A DNA stretch of 64,000 nucleotides from the human T2T-CHM13v2.0 reference genome, Homo sapiens (GCF_009914755.1 NC_060929.1), one strand, 5' to 3'; positions 27,762 through 42,659 are shown, counted from the first letter of the stretch. The notes: a model not told the origin generated them from the sequence alone. Made by a program: numbers and translations.

Positions 27762-29015
27762 ATTTTGGAAAAAAAAGAAATACTGTGATATTTTTAGATT
27801 TATAGAGAGAATAATTTAGTACTCAAAAGGCAGAATTCCTTTTTAGGAAAAAAAGGATATTCAGATAAATTTTTTCAAATAATCATTTGAAAGCTTAAAA
27901 ATATAAAAATCTATTTAAACTAGAACCCAATAATTTAGAATAATTAATAGTTTCAAAGTCACTGTAGTATAATTAAGTAGAATAATCTTTGCATTCAAGT
28001 GTAGAATAAATTCAAGGCTAGTTATTAAATACTAGTTGCCCATTGTGGACAGATGCCCTCTCATTCACCTAGTATTTTACACACTCTTCCTTGCTGTTTT
28101 TAACATTCTGACTCGAGGGTGAATCTATAATGCTGAGCACTTGAAACTTTTAACTCGCCTGCCTCTCTCTATAATTGGCATATTCCATTCCTAAAAAAAT
28201 CGCAATAGACTATATAAATCACTTAATAGGCACAACAAAGCAAAACATGAACAATACACGTCCCAAACTGATGAGACACAAAACTATTAATGTGAAACTG
28301 AATTGCCTAGCTCTGTATCTTATACTTTTCTCTCTGGGAAGCACATTTGAAATGTGGGAAATAATTCAATGGGGAATATAATGTGATTTTATCTGTTGTT
28401 TTTAGTTCCAAGATTTGTAAAATACATAAAGACACAAAAGAGCTTTAAAATTTTCCACAAAATAAAGTAGCAAACCTGATCAAATAGTAAATTCATTTTT
28501 AAGATTTCTCCTCTTTTCTCACTGACCCTCCCTTTCCCTTTAGATTAGCAATCAAACAGGGACTGGAGCAAAAATAAAAAGCAGGAAGTGGGCAACATAG
28601 CACATGACAAAAAAGGATTTTGTTGTCAGAATCCTCAGCACGTTTTATTGATGTTTGAAATTCCCAACTCATTTTCAAAATGAAAATGCTACAGGAAGCA
28701 GGAACAAAGTTAATGAAAATATAAATGCACTTTTCTCCTCGTCTTCCATAACCACTCACTGATTAGAGGCACAGTCCATTTGAGATGAGGCTGCTGCCTG
28801 TGTGTGTGGGAGGGTTGAATATTTTTTGCTCTGGGAGGAGCAACTGTGATAGCCCCAAATCCCTGACAGCCTCTCTTCATAGACTGCAGGTCTAGTGTGC
28901 AGGTGATAGTGCTAAACTCCCAGTCCAAGGGAGTCTAAAGGAGGAAGCCGTGAAGAAAAAGGAAAGTGAAACAGTGGACTAGGACAGAAGGACATTACTA
29001 TTAATACTAATTTTC

Positions 29016-29152
29016 AGCCAGTGCAGTGGCTCACACATGTAATCCCGGTGCTTTGCAAGGCTGAGGCAAGAGGATCCTTTGAGCCCAGGAGTTCAAGGCT
29101 GCAGTGGGTGACAAAATGAAACCCTGTCTCTAGCAATATAAAAAATAAAAAT
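29016..29152 (+). mobile_element. FLAM/Alu monomer
   Basis: agccagtgcagtggctcacacatgtaatccc...gagcccaggagttcaaggctgcagtg...ccctgtctct plus an A-rich tail. Confidence 0.8.
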
Positions 29153-29426
29153 CCTAACTTTCCCATTCCCCCCAGTGACCTGCTGTTTTCCACACCTTGA
29201 ATGCACATCTCTTTTGGGATCCATTTGCTGGAGCAGAGGTGTTTTAAAGATCAGAAGCATATTTGCTAGGAGGCATAAATAATTTTCCCCTCAAATATTA
29301 GAGTAAGAAAGGGGAAGCACGCAAGAAAGATACAAATATGATATGGTATTGTCAAGGTAGTTAAAAATATTTGTAAATGGATATCAATATTGTAACATAT
29401 TTGCTGAAAATGAGGACATGTAGTAG

Positions 29427-29726
<300 letters not shown>

Positions 29727-32059
29727 AAAACACATTTTATTTGCTTTCAAACTGTCCCTTTAAACTTTATTTATAAAGAACATCTTATGACTTTTCTGGG
29801 TACTGTTAGGCAATAGAGACCTTTGCATTCATGCTAAACCATCATCTCAGACTCTATCCAGAAATTAGAATGTCCATTTCAAATTGTAACCCAAAACTCT
29901 AAACTTGATTGAACTTACATTTTCTCCCCTCTCCCAGCTGGGCCCACCACAGAGTCTCTGTGTGCAGTGGAGTAAGTGGGTGGCATTGAGACTGGGTTGC
30001 TCTTCCCCTTCCTTGGCTATCCAGGCTGGCTAGCCGTTGGTATTGACTCCTCTGGGATTGGAAGGCACAGAAAGTGGTGAGGAAAGGAAGAAAAGAGTTT
30101 TGTTTTGTTTTCCTGAATTAGTGCCATCGTAAGATGGCATCACATGTTGGAGACCTGGCAGATGTTGAAAGCTGCCTCTTTGTCTCATGGTACTTTTGTG
30201 GGTTCATAATTGGTATCCCTGCTGGGTCCTCTGGCTGCAACTCCTTTGACTCAAGCAAGAGCCTTGTTTTCCAATTGCTGCTGATTAACCAGCACCCCCA
30301 TCAAGGCCTTGGTTTTCTAGTGGTTCCATCCCTACCAACTCTTGCTCTTGGAGCCAAACTGGCTTTCCCAGATGGTCCTCTTGGGAAGGACATCAAATGG
30401 CTGAAGGCCAGGTCTCTCTTTGAGCTTAATGTGAGTTAGATAACTGCAGCCCGCTTTAAGAGAGGGTAGGGTTGGACTCACGGCACTACTCAGTTCTCTC
30501 TCTCTTAAAAATATATCTTCACAAGTTCTTGCTCAGGCATGAAAGGGTGCATTTTCTGCCTTTGGTCCTGGTGTCTGGCTATGACTGTCCATCCTGTGTA
30601 AATGAGGAGAGTAAGTCTGAGCAAAAGGACAAAGTGCTAAGATGGCAAAGCAGAACCTGGGTGATGTGTTTGAACCTCTTAATAACCTACCCTGGAATAG
30701 CCTACCTTGAAAATTCATGTTATAAGACAGTACATTTTCCTCATTTGTTTTTGTTAAGCCATTAAGTTGGGGGCTCCAGACTTGCAACCAAAGGCATCTT
30801 AACTTAAGAAGTTTACCATAAATATTTATTATAACCCACACAAGGGGATGTCTCAGTAGGTAATCCAGTTAGACAGCAGAGGAAGTTTATGTTTCCTCAC
30901 TTTTCTTCTTCTTTCCAAGTAGCTGGTGGGTGAGCTCATCTGCTACAAAACACACTTCAAAATAAGATCTTTAAGTTAATTTTCAAATTGAAATTGCTAT
31001 TATTGAAACAACAGTTGTGATAGCACCTGCGATAACAAATGTAAATAAAAACAAATAAAAGCTATGCTCAATTTGTGGACCCATCATTTCTCAGTAGGCT
31101 TGGATCTCTAGAGTTCATGGGGAGACCCAAGAGGTTTCTAATATTACAATGTATTACCAATATCCAGGGCAACAATCACATTTCATCTTAGAAAATCAGA
31201 AGATGATGTATGTGCCAAAAACCTTTGGAAATTGAATTGTGCTTTATGCTGAATTCTGTTTGGAGGATCTAGCAAGGACCCATTTTACTGTTCCATCCTA
31301 TGATGTGGGTGTGCTTATATTAAATCACTTTCAGAGAAACACTAGGTGACTAATTTGTGACAATGATATGTTTGCAGACTAACACATTCGTAAGAACAGC
31401 AGAATAATGAGCTAATTTGTAACGTACCAGATGGAATGTACTGAAAGCTAGTGGCCTAAGCTATCATAATTGTCCTTTATAATCCAAGAAGTCATTTCTA
31501 GTAATCTTGCTACCCACAACATTGTTTTTATATAAACAGGTCACAGTAGAACTAATCCTCTTCCCGTGAAGGCAGGCCTCTGTTATTTCAGTGTGCTTGC
31601 AACTGGGGAGCTGCTGCAGTGTGTGGTTCTGGTTTGCTTTTTTTTTTTTAACTCCTATGTCTGAATGGCACCCTATAATGAGGGATCATTAATCTTAACT
31701 GTTCTGTAGCCCATGTCATTGTTGTTATTTTCTTTTGAAGTTGTTTCTTCCGTAATTTACACACATTTAGGTATATTCAAATTTATACTTGAACTGTCTT
31801 TCTTTTTCCTCTATGTTTGTGTGTTCCAGCTCACTGAAATAGGAACTGAATCCTCAGCACTTTTGAGACTGCCCATCCCAAATCAATCCAGTGATTACTT
31901 TAACCTTCTTATCATTAGTCTCACTCCCTCTCCTTTCGTGCTCAACCAAAACTTGAGATTTATAAATCTGAACCCCAATTTCAGCTCTTTCTCCATTACA
32001 TCTCCTCAGAGCCCCAAGTGTAAACTAGCTAACTTGTACTGCTAGGTTAATAGAAATTT

Positions 32060-34260
32060 TTCTAAAAGAATAACTAATATCAATTTTCCTCAAACTCTTT
32101 CAAAAACTTGATGGGGTGGAATACTTCCAAACTCATTTTACGAATCTAGCATTGCCCTGATACCAAAGCCAGAGAAGGACACTACAAAAAAAGAAAACTA
32201 CAGGCCAAAGTTTCTGATGAATATAGATGCAAAAATCCTCAACAAACTAGCCAACTGAATTTAAAAACACAATAAAAAGACTGTTCACCATGATCAAGTG
32301 GGATTCATCCTAGGGATGCAAGGATGGCTCAACACACACAAATCAATACATGTAATATATCACATTAACAGAACAAAGGACGAAAACTATATCATCATTT
32401 CAATAGACGCAGAAAAAGCACTTGACAAAATTGAACATCCTTTCATAATAAAAACCCCTCAACAAATTAAGTATAGAAGGAATGTACTTCAACAAGCAAA
32501 GGCCATATATGACAAACACATAGTTAACACCATACTTAACAAGGAAAAGTTGAAAGCTTTTCCTTTAAGATCCAGAGCAAGAAAAGTTGGCCACTCTTGC
32601 CACTTCTATTCATTATAATAGAAATTGCAGTATACAAAATCAACATACAAAAATCAGTAGTGTTGATATACACTAGCAGCGAACTATCTGAAAAAGAAAT
32701 TTTTAAAATCCCATTTATAATAGTTACAAAGCTGTATAACATTAAAGATGACACAAATGAATGCAAAGATAGTTCGTGTTCATAGATTGGAGGAATTAAT
32801 ATTAAAATGTCCATATCTGAAACAATCTACAAAACAATCTACAGATTCATTATAAGCCCTATCAAAATTCCAATACCATTCTTCACAGAAACAGAAAAAA
32901 ACAATACTAAATTTCATATGGAACCACAAAAGACATTAAATATCCAACTCAACCTTGAGCAAAAAGAACAATGCCGAAGGCATCACATTACCTGACTTCA
33001 AAATACACAACAAAGTTGTAGTAACCAAAACAGCATCGTACTTACATAAAAACAGACATATAGACCAATGAAACATAATAGAGAGCCAGCAATAAACCCC
33101 TACATCTACAGTGAACTTATTTTCAACAAAGGTGCCAAGAACATACATTGGGGAAACACAATCTCTTCAATAAATGGTGCTGGGAAAACTGTATATCCAC
33201 ATGCAGAAGAATAAATATAAACCTTTATCTCATACCATATATAAAAATCAACCTATAGTGGATGAAAGACATAAATGTAAGAATAGGGGAAAAGCTATAT
33301 GACACTGATTTAGGCAATGATTTTTTGAACATGACTCCAAAACCAAAGGCAACAAAAGCCAAAATAGACAAGATTGCATCAAGCTAAAAAGCTTCTGCAC
33401 AACAAAGGAAATAATCAACTGAGTGAAGAGACAGCCTACAGATTAGGAGAAAATATTTACAAGCTGTACCTCTAATAAGGAATTTGTATCCAAAAATATA
33501 AGAAACTCAAACAACTCAATGGCAAGAAAATAACCTTATTGAAAAATGGGCAAAGGAACTAAAAAGACATTTTTCAAAAGACTTACAAATGGCCAACAGA
33601 CATATGAAAAACTATTCCACATCACTAATCATCAGAAAAATGCATACTAATACTACAATGAGCTATCACTTCATACTTGTTAGAATGGCTATTATCAGAA
33701 AGTCAAAAGATATTAAGTGTTGGCAAGAATGTGGAGAAAAGAGAACCCTTGTACACTGTTGATGGGAATGTAAATTAGTACAGCCATTATAAAAAATAGT
33801 ATGGAGGTTCTTTGAATAATTAAAAATAGAACTACCATATGATCCAGCAATCCCACTACTAGGTATATATCCAGATAAATCCTGCATGATCTCATTCATA
33901 TGGGAAATTTAAAACAGTTGAGCTCATAGAACTAGAGATTAGAATGGTAATTACCAGGGGCTGGGGCAACTGGAAATGGAGGTGCAAGTGTGATATTGAT
34001 CAAAGGAAACAAAATTTCAGTTAGATAAGAAAAATAAGTTCAAGAAATCTATTGTACAATATGGTGATTCTAGTCAATAACAATATGTTGTATTCTTGAA
34101 AAATGTTAACAGAGTGGATATTAAGTGTTTTCATCACAAAAATAACCATGTGAGTTAATGCATGTTAATTTTCTAGATTTAGTCAGTCTACAATGTATAT
34201 ATACTTCAAAACATCATGTTGTAAATGATAAATACACAATTTTATTGGACAGTTAAGAAT
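32060..34260 (+). mobile_element. L1MA-class LINE-1: degraded ORF2 (RT region to C-terminus) and 3' UTR
   Basis: ORF fragment GFILGMQGWLNTHKSIHVIYHINRTKDENYIIISIDAEKALDKIEHPF matches the L1 ORF2 RT domain; L1MA-type 3' UTR; internal deletions. Confidence 0.93.
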
Positions 34261-34779
34261 ATAGATATAATTTTAAAATTTACTTAGATGTATATCAAGA
34301 CATGCCATATGTTTGAATACAGTCATGGTTTTCTGGAAGGAGCACAGGCTTTTAGTATCATCGGACAGACCTGAGTCTCTTATTACCACTTTATTTACTT
34401 AGTCTCATTTCCCAACCTTAACCAAATCTTAATTTTTTCGTCTGGAAAACAATGATACATATCTCCTAGATTTCTTCAGGATTACATTAGAAGGTATAGA
34501 TTAAATCATGTAGCACATGCAAGTACTCAATGCATAGTTGTTTCCCTTGATTCCTCAAATGTTTGCCATTTAACCTGCTGACTGCAATGGTGAGAATGTT
34601 AAATTAGGGAAGCAAGAAAACAGCAGTGTAGAAATAGGAGAAGGATGAATAACATAAGCTTCTAAGAAGCAATTATTAATGCAACGTAAGCTGGCAGGGT
34701 CGACTGTAAACAGCCATGGTATGGTTTTGGTATCATTTGCCTTAAGGAGAGTCTATAAATTAGAGTAAGACCAATAACC

Positions 34780-35190
34780 CAGAAGAAAAATGGGACATGG
34801 ATGCAAATAACCATCACAGAAGGGGAACTATAAATAGTCAAAAGCCATTTGAAAAGATCTTCAATCTCACTGATAACCAAAAATAAATCAAACTACAATG
34901 AGGTATTTTGCCTATCACATTCGTTTAAGATTTTTTTTAAAAGACTAAAAATATGCAGATTGTGAGGGGGTGGGAAACAGTACACCCATACACAGTTGTT
35001 AGAAACATGGATTAGGAGAGACATTTTGGAGTACAATTTAGCAAATTTTTAAAAATGTAAACCATACATACCATTTCAGAACAATTACATTTGTAAGAGT
35101 TTATCCTACAAAAATGATTGCTCAAGTGCACACAAACATACACACACATACACACATTCATTTTGGCACTGTTTATAAGACCAACAAAAC
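34780..35190 (+). mobile_element. Old L1 (L1ME-like) 3' fragment
   Basis: aaagatcttcaatctcactgataacc...gggaaacagtacacccatacacagttgttagaaac...ttttggagtacaatttagcaa. Confidence 0.6.
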
Positions 35191-38100
35191 AACAACAAAA
35201 GTCTGTTTCTTTCTCTCTGACCAGATATTAAATTCCTGGGGAGAAGGTCAGACCTTTCTACCTCCTCCCCAGTAACTTCCAAACCCGTAAACATGTAACA
35301 GGGTTGAAGGTGCTTAAAACTGCATATTGGCTGACAAAACATCAGAATATTTTTATTATGTATAAAGACAATTATATAGATTTATAAAATTTGTAACTGA
35401 CTTGCTATTTCCAAAGGTGAAAATAAGTATTCAATAATTGGCAATGCAAAAGTTTATTTTTTTCTATCCATTGGAAATTTGTGAACATTTTACACAATAA
35501 TTGAGTTTTATCAACTTTCCAAATATAAGTATTTCTTATTTGTATTTCAGATAATAAATTTGTTATTTCTAGAGACTTAAAGTATTTAAAGAAAATCAAA
35601 ACATCCCATCAAACACAATTTTGTTCTTAAGTCTCTCTTTCTTCTTTTATTCTCCAACCCTGCCTCCCATGGTATATACAAAGCTTTGCTTTGCTGCCAG
35701 ACTTTCTCTAACATCTAAAAAGTGTAGAAAGCACCGTCATTATAGGCTAAAATTGATCTCATTTATCCCAGGAGTACCAACATTCTCAAACAGGGGTTCA
35801 AACTCCTGTTAGTATAATTCTTGGGCCTGTTATTTCAATGAGAATCTAATTTTCTTGCAATAACAAATGGGGAGATGGGAGACAGTGTCTTCCAATTACA
35901 AAGACCATGCTCCTGATATTATCAGCAAAGCGTACCTCTGGGTCACTTTCACCAGAAGCAGGTTTGGGCCTTAGTTACACCCTCTGGACCAAAGTGATGT
36001 GAATTTAAGTGTATTTGTTAGTGAACTGTCTGATCTGGGCTATGGAACAGACTAAATGGAACTAATCCATCTAAACGGGAAACTCATTAGACAGGTAGTC
36101 AGCCTAACTTGGCTACTTTATTACAGATAGATCCAATATTAAAAATAAGATCCAATATTTAAAAATAAAATAGTACCTTCTTTTTCAGGGAGAACTATAC
36201 TAAATAAGAACAGTTGATATACATATATTCATATGTAGATGCAGACATATATAGATATATACATATGTATATACATGAATATACATGAAGTAAGAGTGTT
36301 ACAGTATTCTCAGAGCAATGTGCTAGGAAAACACCCTTTCATCTATGTGAACCCCAGATCAACTCGTATAAATTCTGTATTTGTATGTTTCTAGCACTAT
36401 AAATTGAGCTGAGCTTCTCAAAAGAATACATTGTATTAACTAAAGGAATTCAATTAATAATTAGCAAAGAAACTAATCAGCTTTCTTCCACATACCATTT
36501 AGAAACATGCAACAGCACATTGGAAATGGCAGCAGGAGGAGAGTGAAATAAAGTTAATATTTTTTCAAGTCTGTCTTCTGGGGAAGACTTTGTGCACTGA
36601 GACTTAGACAAGTTATTTCCTTTAATACAATAACCTTATAAAGCATGTACTAATATTCCCCAGTTTATAGATGATGAATCTGAGGAACCTGGAGAGGTTA
36701 AGTTACTTGCCCATGGACCTGGAGAGTAAATGGCTGAGCTGTGCTTGGACACCAAAACCTACCTTTGCCCACCATACTGGGAGACCAGAATTGTCCTGTG
36801 GATTCGGAGAAGGCTGGACAGGACTGGTTGGAGGGGATGCAATTATGGAAAGAGTAGATGGAGTAATAAAGAACATAACCTTCGTAAGTAGTAAATGCCA
36901 GGCACTGTGCTCAATACTTGACTTGCCTTTCCTCATTTAATCTTCCACAAAAGTACTACTAGTTTGTCCACTTTACAGTGAGGAAAACAAAGCACAGAAT
37001 AGTTAAGCAAATCACCCAAAGTTACACAGCCAGTTAGCAAGTCTTACAATGAATTCATAATATTATTTCATTGTTTATTTTCCCCATATTCATCTCTCTT
37101 TTTGTTTTCTATTTCTTTCTTACAGAAGGGGGGGGAGGGGACATGTTTTATAATTTACTGATTTCATATACCTTTGGAAGTTTTAGTGCCTTTTGGTTAA
37201 AAAGCAACCAATATTTTTCCCTACGTTTCAGATGCCAAGAGGCTATTTAGAGATATTGGGAGGCACTTTACTGACGTTCTGCTTATGTCAACAGATACGC
37301 GTAGAATTAGGCTGTAATTTGATTCCTAACCCTATTGATGACTTCCTAAACCCTCATCAAAAACATTTTGTTTTAGTTCCCCATATGCAAAATCAAAATA
37401 AAGAGGTGTCTTTGTTTAAAAATGCTAATATATGATTTGGCAAAGGCTGACATTTTATCTTGTCTCCTTGGCTGCTGTTTTAGGATTATTCATCTAGCAC
37501 TGACTGAGTGCCCAGCATCCATGCCCCTCCCCTTTCCTATTTATTATCAGGCTGCTGCAGTGCAGCGTTGAAACATCTGATCATTTAGATCATTAAAAAT
37601 CAATCCAATGACCAAATAGTTCTGTACGTTTTAGAGAAATGACAGAAAGTGCAGTATTAGATTGCTATTAACTTGCTCTGGGGTTTTCTTTTTACAGCTG
37701 CCAGGAAAGTCATTTGGTAAAATTGATTAAACCAGCATGCCAAGGAGGAGAGCGGAAAAGAGCAGAGAAATGCAAACACAGTGAGCTTGGAGGGGAGGGC
37801 AATGTTTTTCTTGGGAATGAAGTGAGATGTCAGTAGAGGAGGCAGCAGGGGGTAGGTGGGAGGAGAAACCTTGCATATAGTGAGCATACTATAATTAGAG
37901 GTACAAGAGATTCAAGATGGTAGGATACAAGGAACCACAATGCGGAAACAATAAAGGAAGGAAGAAGGAATGAAAAGGAAGCAAGCTATCCATGCGCTTC
38001 TAACATACTGTCTGCATTGGTTACACTGCACAGTTTGTCTGAATTAATCCAAGAGACATCACTGGTACAATAAGAAGAAGCTGATTTGAGGATTTCCATA

Positions 38101-38892
38101 GATAAGGCTCTTTCAATAGCAGGAGTAGGTAGGGAAGAGTGCCTAGTTTCCTACACAGTGTGGTTTATTTCTGTAAGAACAATTAATGAAGAAAAGAAAA
38201 TAAACCTCTCTACTTGTGCTCAATAGGACGATGAGTGCATAAAAATTCACACATGCCTTCCCCTAATTTGTTATTATAGTGGCCATACATATTCCTTCCC
38301 TCCAAATAGGAACTGTGTTCCCCTTACAGAATTGCATTTCTCCTTTAACACGTTTCAACAATTTTTTGATTAATCCGAAAAGAACCCTGGTATGTGAAAT
38401 CAGAGAGTGCTGACAAGGATGGATTTTAATGTGGGGTTTCTGCCACTTTGCCTCTATTTCTAATTCCTCCCTATGTCCTATTTAAAGTCACACTTAGCTC
38501 ACACAGCGCATGCTTCTAGAGAAGAGGATAAGCAAAACCATCAAGAATTTATTTGCTGTGTATTATGTCTGCTAACATTTCAAGTATAACAACCACCTAA
38601 ACACAAGGGACTTAAAAACAGCATTAAAACTTTAAAAATAAAGAAAATATTCTGTGGATGAGTGCATGTATTTCCTTGGATATTGGACATTGAAAATGAT
38701 AAGACACAAGAACCATTTAATTGCATAGGAGAACACCAACACTAGTCTAAATGAAGTAACCCCCTTGAGAGAAGTTTTAAATTGCATTTACCCTGTCCTG
38801 GGTATGCTACTTGGAAGAAGCTATGATTTAGACAGCAATTTTTGGCAGCCAAGATTTACATAAGAGTAAGTAGCCTTCTTGAATGAGAGTGG

Positions 38893-39280
38893 CAGCCAGC
38901 TTCCATGAAGTCTCCCACCTCCTGGCATTTAACATACATCTTTGTAGAGTCCCCCTCCCACTCTATCCCAGGATTGGTTATCAGACAGCAGTGATGACAT
39001 GTCACTTTCAAGAAGAGATTATGAAAGACTGTGTTTGACTTCTGTCTTGGGATGTCTCTGTCTTTTGTCTCCGTCTCTGTCTGCCTATCTGTCTCTCTCA
39101 TCTCTCACTCTGGGGGATACAAGCTATAATACTGTGGTTAGCCCTATAGAGAGGCCCACATGGCAAGGAGTTGAGGCTTTCCAACAACTATATGAGTCAC
39201 TGAGGAAGCAGCTGAGCCTTGAGATGACTGTAGCCCAAGCCAACAACTCGTGAGAGACCCTTAGCCAGAACCACTAATTA
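38893..39280 (+). mobile_element. MaLR LTR (MLT1F-like)
   Basis: cccacctcctggcatt...gccctatagagaggcccacatggcaaggag...gagatgactgtagcccaagccaac...gagacccttagccagaaccac. Confidence 0.75.
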
Positions 39281-39399
39281 ATATAGAGAAATACTGAGCA
39301 ATTTACATGATTGAAGATCATATGTAGAGAGATATGTCATAAAAGGCAGGATTGGATGGGAAGCAGAAGAATATAGATGCAAAACTTCAAGGAAGAAGG

Positions 39400-39565
39400 T
39401 GTACTCATCATTGGTGCTATTCGTCACCATTCTCAGTTCTCCCTCTTTAAGGCACATGGCAAGATTGCACTTTCTTGCCCCTTTGAAGTTAGGCATGGTA
39501 ACCTTACTTTGGCAAATAAAATGTGAGCAGCATGAGAAACACGTATATCTCTCTAATTTGTATAT

Positions 39566-39615
<50 letters not shown>

Positions 39616-39930
39616 GTAGTTAATTTGAATATCACTATGATTTGATGAAACAAGACAAAAAAGAAAAAAGATATGTGAGCAGAAGCAATACGTGTCACTT
39701 CTGGGGGAAACCACTGAGGTCTGTGTATGAAGTGCCCTGTCTTCTGCCACAATGACTGGGAACTTTCCCGACTGTGGTGTCTCCCATTAACTGTGTTCCT
39801 AAGTGAAGAGCAGAACCCTCTCCCTCCACCGCAAACCTGTCATGAACATGTAGCTTGAGTGAGAAATAAGCCTCTACTCTTCTAAGCAACTGAGCTTTTG
39901 GTGTTGTTCCTGTAGCCCATTCTCACTAAA
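39400..39930 (+). mobile_element. MaLR LTR (older MLT1) containing a (CA)n microsatellite at about 39568-39606
   Basis: ggcacatggcaagattgcactttcttgcccctttgaagttaggcatgg...catgtagcttgagtgagaaataagcctct. Confidence 0.7.
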
Positions 39931-39957
39931 ACAGAAAATGGGTCTCTGACTAAGAAT

Positions 39958-40252
39958 TCACTCTACAGAAAAAAGGAATCTGGTATGAATAACCCGAACC
40001 TCAGCCACAAACCCTGAGCTTCCTGAAAGGTGTAGTGGTTCTTGGCAGATTGTGGTGACTGGCATATGAACTCTCCTAATCATATCCCGGAAATACAAAG
40101 AGTTGTGTGGAGAACTGAAAGAACTTTTTTCACTAGATTCCTAGAATTCGAGAGCTCCAGAAGCAGCACAGCTGTTGGCTTCCCCTGAGAGAGCAAGAAG
40201 GGAGATGTACTCTCCTTTCTACTCTGCAGGTGAATAGTGTTCTGGTACTGCC
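39958..40252 (-). pseudogene. Fossil exon L (possibly the last coding exon)
   Basis: ttctctgttgtatctag| phase 2: (R)AVPEHYSPAE*KGEYISLLALSGEANSCAASGALEF*ESSEKSSFSSPHNSLYFRDMIRRVHMP...FSVE*; phase matches exon K. Confidence 0.35.
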
Positions 40253-41279
40253 CTAGATACAACAGAGAACATTCATAGCTGGAACAAACTGGTTGGTGTC
40301 TGCCGTTAGGCAATCAAGAGACTAATGAACATGGGTCAAGGTCACTGGTAGAGCAGAGACCAGTACAAAGTGACATCCTGGGCAGATCCATGCAGGGGCA
40401 ATTGCAAGGCACCCCCCAGAGTCTCAGAGATGCTAAGTGAAAGAGGTTGTGTGAGTTACTGAGGTTTATGCTGGAGAAGATGAGCATAGAGCTATTGAGA
40501 CTGGAGAACTGATTTTAATGTGACCTAATTTATATCTACCAGCTTGAAGATTAAACATCTAAAACCCTATTACTTCATTACTAATTAATTATGTGTTTGT
40601 TACAATAATCTATCTGACATCACACTGTATCATGTGGCATTATATGGTTCCACCTTGATCAGCTTTCAACTCAAGAATTTAAAATCCTCTTCACCAGGAT
40701 CTTATTTTGGTCTAGAACAGATTAATCTATTCTCAACTGCCACATGTTTTTAGACACTATACAAATAACATTTTAAAATGTTCATTGATTCAAAGCTTAG
40801 TGGCTTACAATTCAGTGCAAAAAGACATGGGCAATGAAGCAAAGATGTGAGCAGTTCAGCTGAATTAACATTTTGAGTATATGCACATTAGTCCTTTGGA
40901 TGGGATCATGCCTCAAACCCATTGAAATACACCTCAATGAAACAATAAGTAAACGAGGGGGAAAAGGAGATTACATGAGGTTTTGAGTGGTGAAGACATG
41001 AAGTCTGTAAGGCTATGGAGAATAATTAAATGTGATATTTATATTTCAAAATAGGTAAAACTTGATAATGGCAGAAGGTAAGGAGTCAGTGGAGAAAAAC
41101 AGAAAATGCTGGCAGAAAGAAACAGGGGCTAGGGGTACAAGGTCTCTTAGAAAGTGGGAAGAAATGGGATCTAGACCACAAATCTGGATGTCCTTACAGA
41201 GGATTCACATACAAATCTTATTCAAATACATCATGGATTCGTACTGAACCTTCAGGGTAGATTTTAATGACAACCTGGT

Positions 41280-41634
41280 TGTCTTAGTCCATTCAGGCTG
41301 CTATAACAAAATACCTGAGTAGATTAGAAATAGCAGAAATTTATTGCTGACAGTCCTAGAAGCTAAGAAGTCCAAGATGAAGGCATCAGCAGATTGGATA
41401 TCTGGTGATGGTTTACTTCCTTGTTGATGGACAACTATCTATTCACTGCAAGCTCACAAGGCTCAAGGGGAAAAGGATCTAGGCTTCTTTCATAAGGGCA
41501 CTAATCCCATTTGTAAGAACCCTGCCCTCATGACTTAATGACCTCCCAAAGCCCCACTTCCTAATACCATGATATTGGGGGTGAGGATTTCAAAACAAGA
41601 ATTTTGGGAGGACACAAGCAGTCAGATGATAGCC
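41280..41634 (-). mobile_element. MaLR LTR (MST/MLT1A-like)
   Basis: tgtcttagtccattcaggctgctataacaaaatac...gggcactaatccc...; TSD ctggt at 41275-41279 and 41635-41639. Confidence 0.85.
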
Positions 41635-42002
41635 CTGGTTTAACCCATATGGCTCATGTTCTCTCCCCTAGCACCCTTGTATTTCCCCTTGTAACACTCA
41701 TCACAATCTGCACTTGTATATTCATTTATCTGTCTGAATGCCCGTCTCCACACTAGGATACAAACTTCTTAAGGGCAGGGTTTACATCTGCTGTGGTCAC
41801 TGTTACACAATCTCCCTAGCACAGTGCCTGGTACACAGTAAATGTTCCATAAATATTAATATTTGTGGATTGATCAAATCAGGATAGACACAAGAACAAA
41901 TTTAAGATTACTTAGCTTATTGTCCCAATCTCACTTTGGCCCACCTTACTTTGTCACTTAAATGAAGTCCTAGAATGAACTGTGGCCCAGTAGTCCTTAT
42001 AC

Positions 42003-42154
42003 CTTTGTAAAACTTCATTGATATTGAGGGATTTCAATCCAGTTTTGATAATATAGCAGCCAAATCTATCCACATCACTAAAGCCAATCAGCCAGACTGT
42101 CATTCTTACTCTGATGCTATTTAGAATGTGCAATGAGCCACCGGATTCCACTTC
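42003..42154 (-). pseudogene. Fossil exon K
   Basis: agtttttag|EVESGGSLHILNSIRVRMTVWLIGFSDVDRFGCYIIKTGLKSLNINEVLQ(R)|gtataa; fully open, phase 0 to 2. Confidence 0.5.
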
Positions 42155-42324
42155 CTAAAAACTAATTTCCCTAGAGCTTCTGCTCTCTTATTTTATCAAT
42201 GCCCCTGAGGTCAGAAACTATGATTTTGTCTCTCCTGAACAGCACAATGTCTCATTAAAACTTCTTCCTATAAGCTTGAGTTTTTCTTTAGAACTGCAAG
42301 GAAGTTTCAAGGATCATGAAGGAC

Positions 42325-42390
42325 CTTTGGTTCGATATCAGCTATTTTTAGTGCTTTGAGAGCAACAGCACAGTCAAGTTCACTAATGAC
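42325..42390 (-). pseudogene. Fossil exon J
   Basis: ttgtttttag|VISELDCAVALKALKIADIEPK|gtcctt; open, phase 0 to 0; weak donor. Confidence 0.35.
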
Positions 42391-42534
42391 CTAAAAACAA
42401 TTAATTCAATATATATTCTGATTCCTTGATTGACACTGTTTTTTTTTTGTTTGTTTGTTTGTTTGTTTTAGATTTGGAAAAAAATTACTGCTTGTTCAAT
42501 CTTTTAAAAATGGATGTTCTAATTTTTTTTTTAC

Positions 42535-42629
42535 AGATTCCAACAACCAAGTTGGATTATCGTATTTGAATATAAATATGGGCAAGTCTGACAATCCAAT
42601 AATTTATATTTTATATAGCCTGCTTCTAC
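42535..42629 (-). pseudogene. Fossil exon I
   Basis: Strong acceptor tctatcttcttctccttag|VEAGYIKYKLLDCQTCPYLYSNTIIQLGCWN|gtaaaa; open, phase 0 start; needs an indel to join exon J. Confidence 0.45.
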
Positions 42630-42659
42630 CTAAGGAGAAGAAGATAGACAGTAATTATT

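Noticed and set aside
29790-30810. Several ~100-aa ORFs in a GC-richer block
   Set aside because: The sequence looks like old LTR material (ending gacttgcaaccaaaggcatcttaac); family not assignable by eye and no coding signature.
42537-42581. Plus-strand exon-like stretch (tttttacag|...ATGG|gcaagt)
   Set aside because: Needs a GC donor, has no partner exons, and overlaps the better-supported minus-strand fossil exon I.
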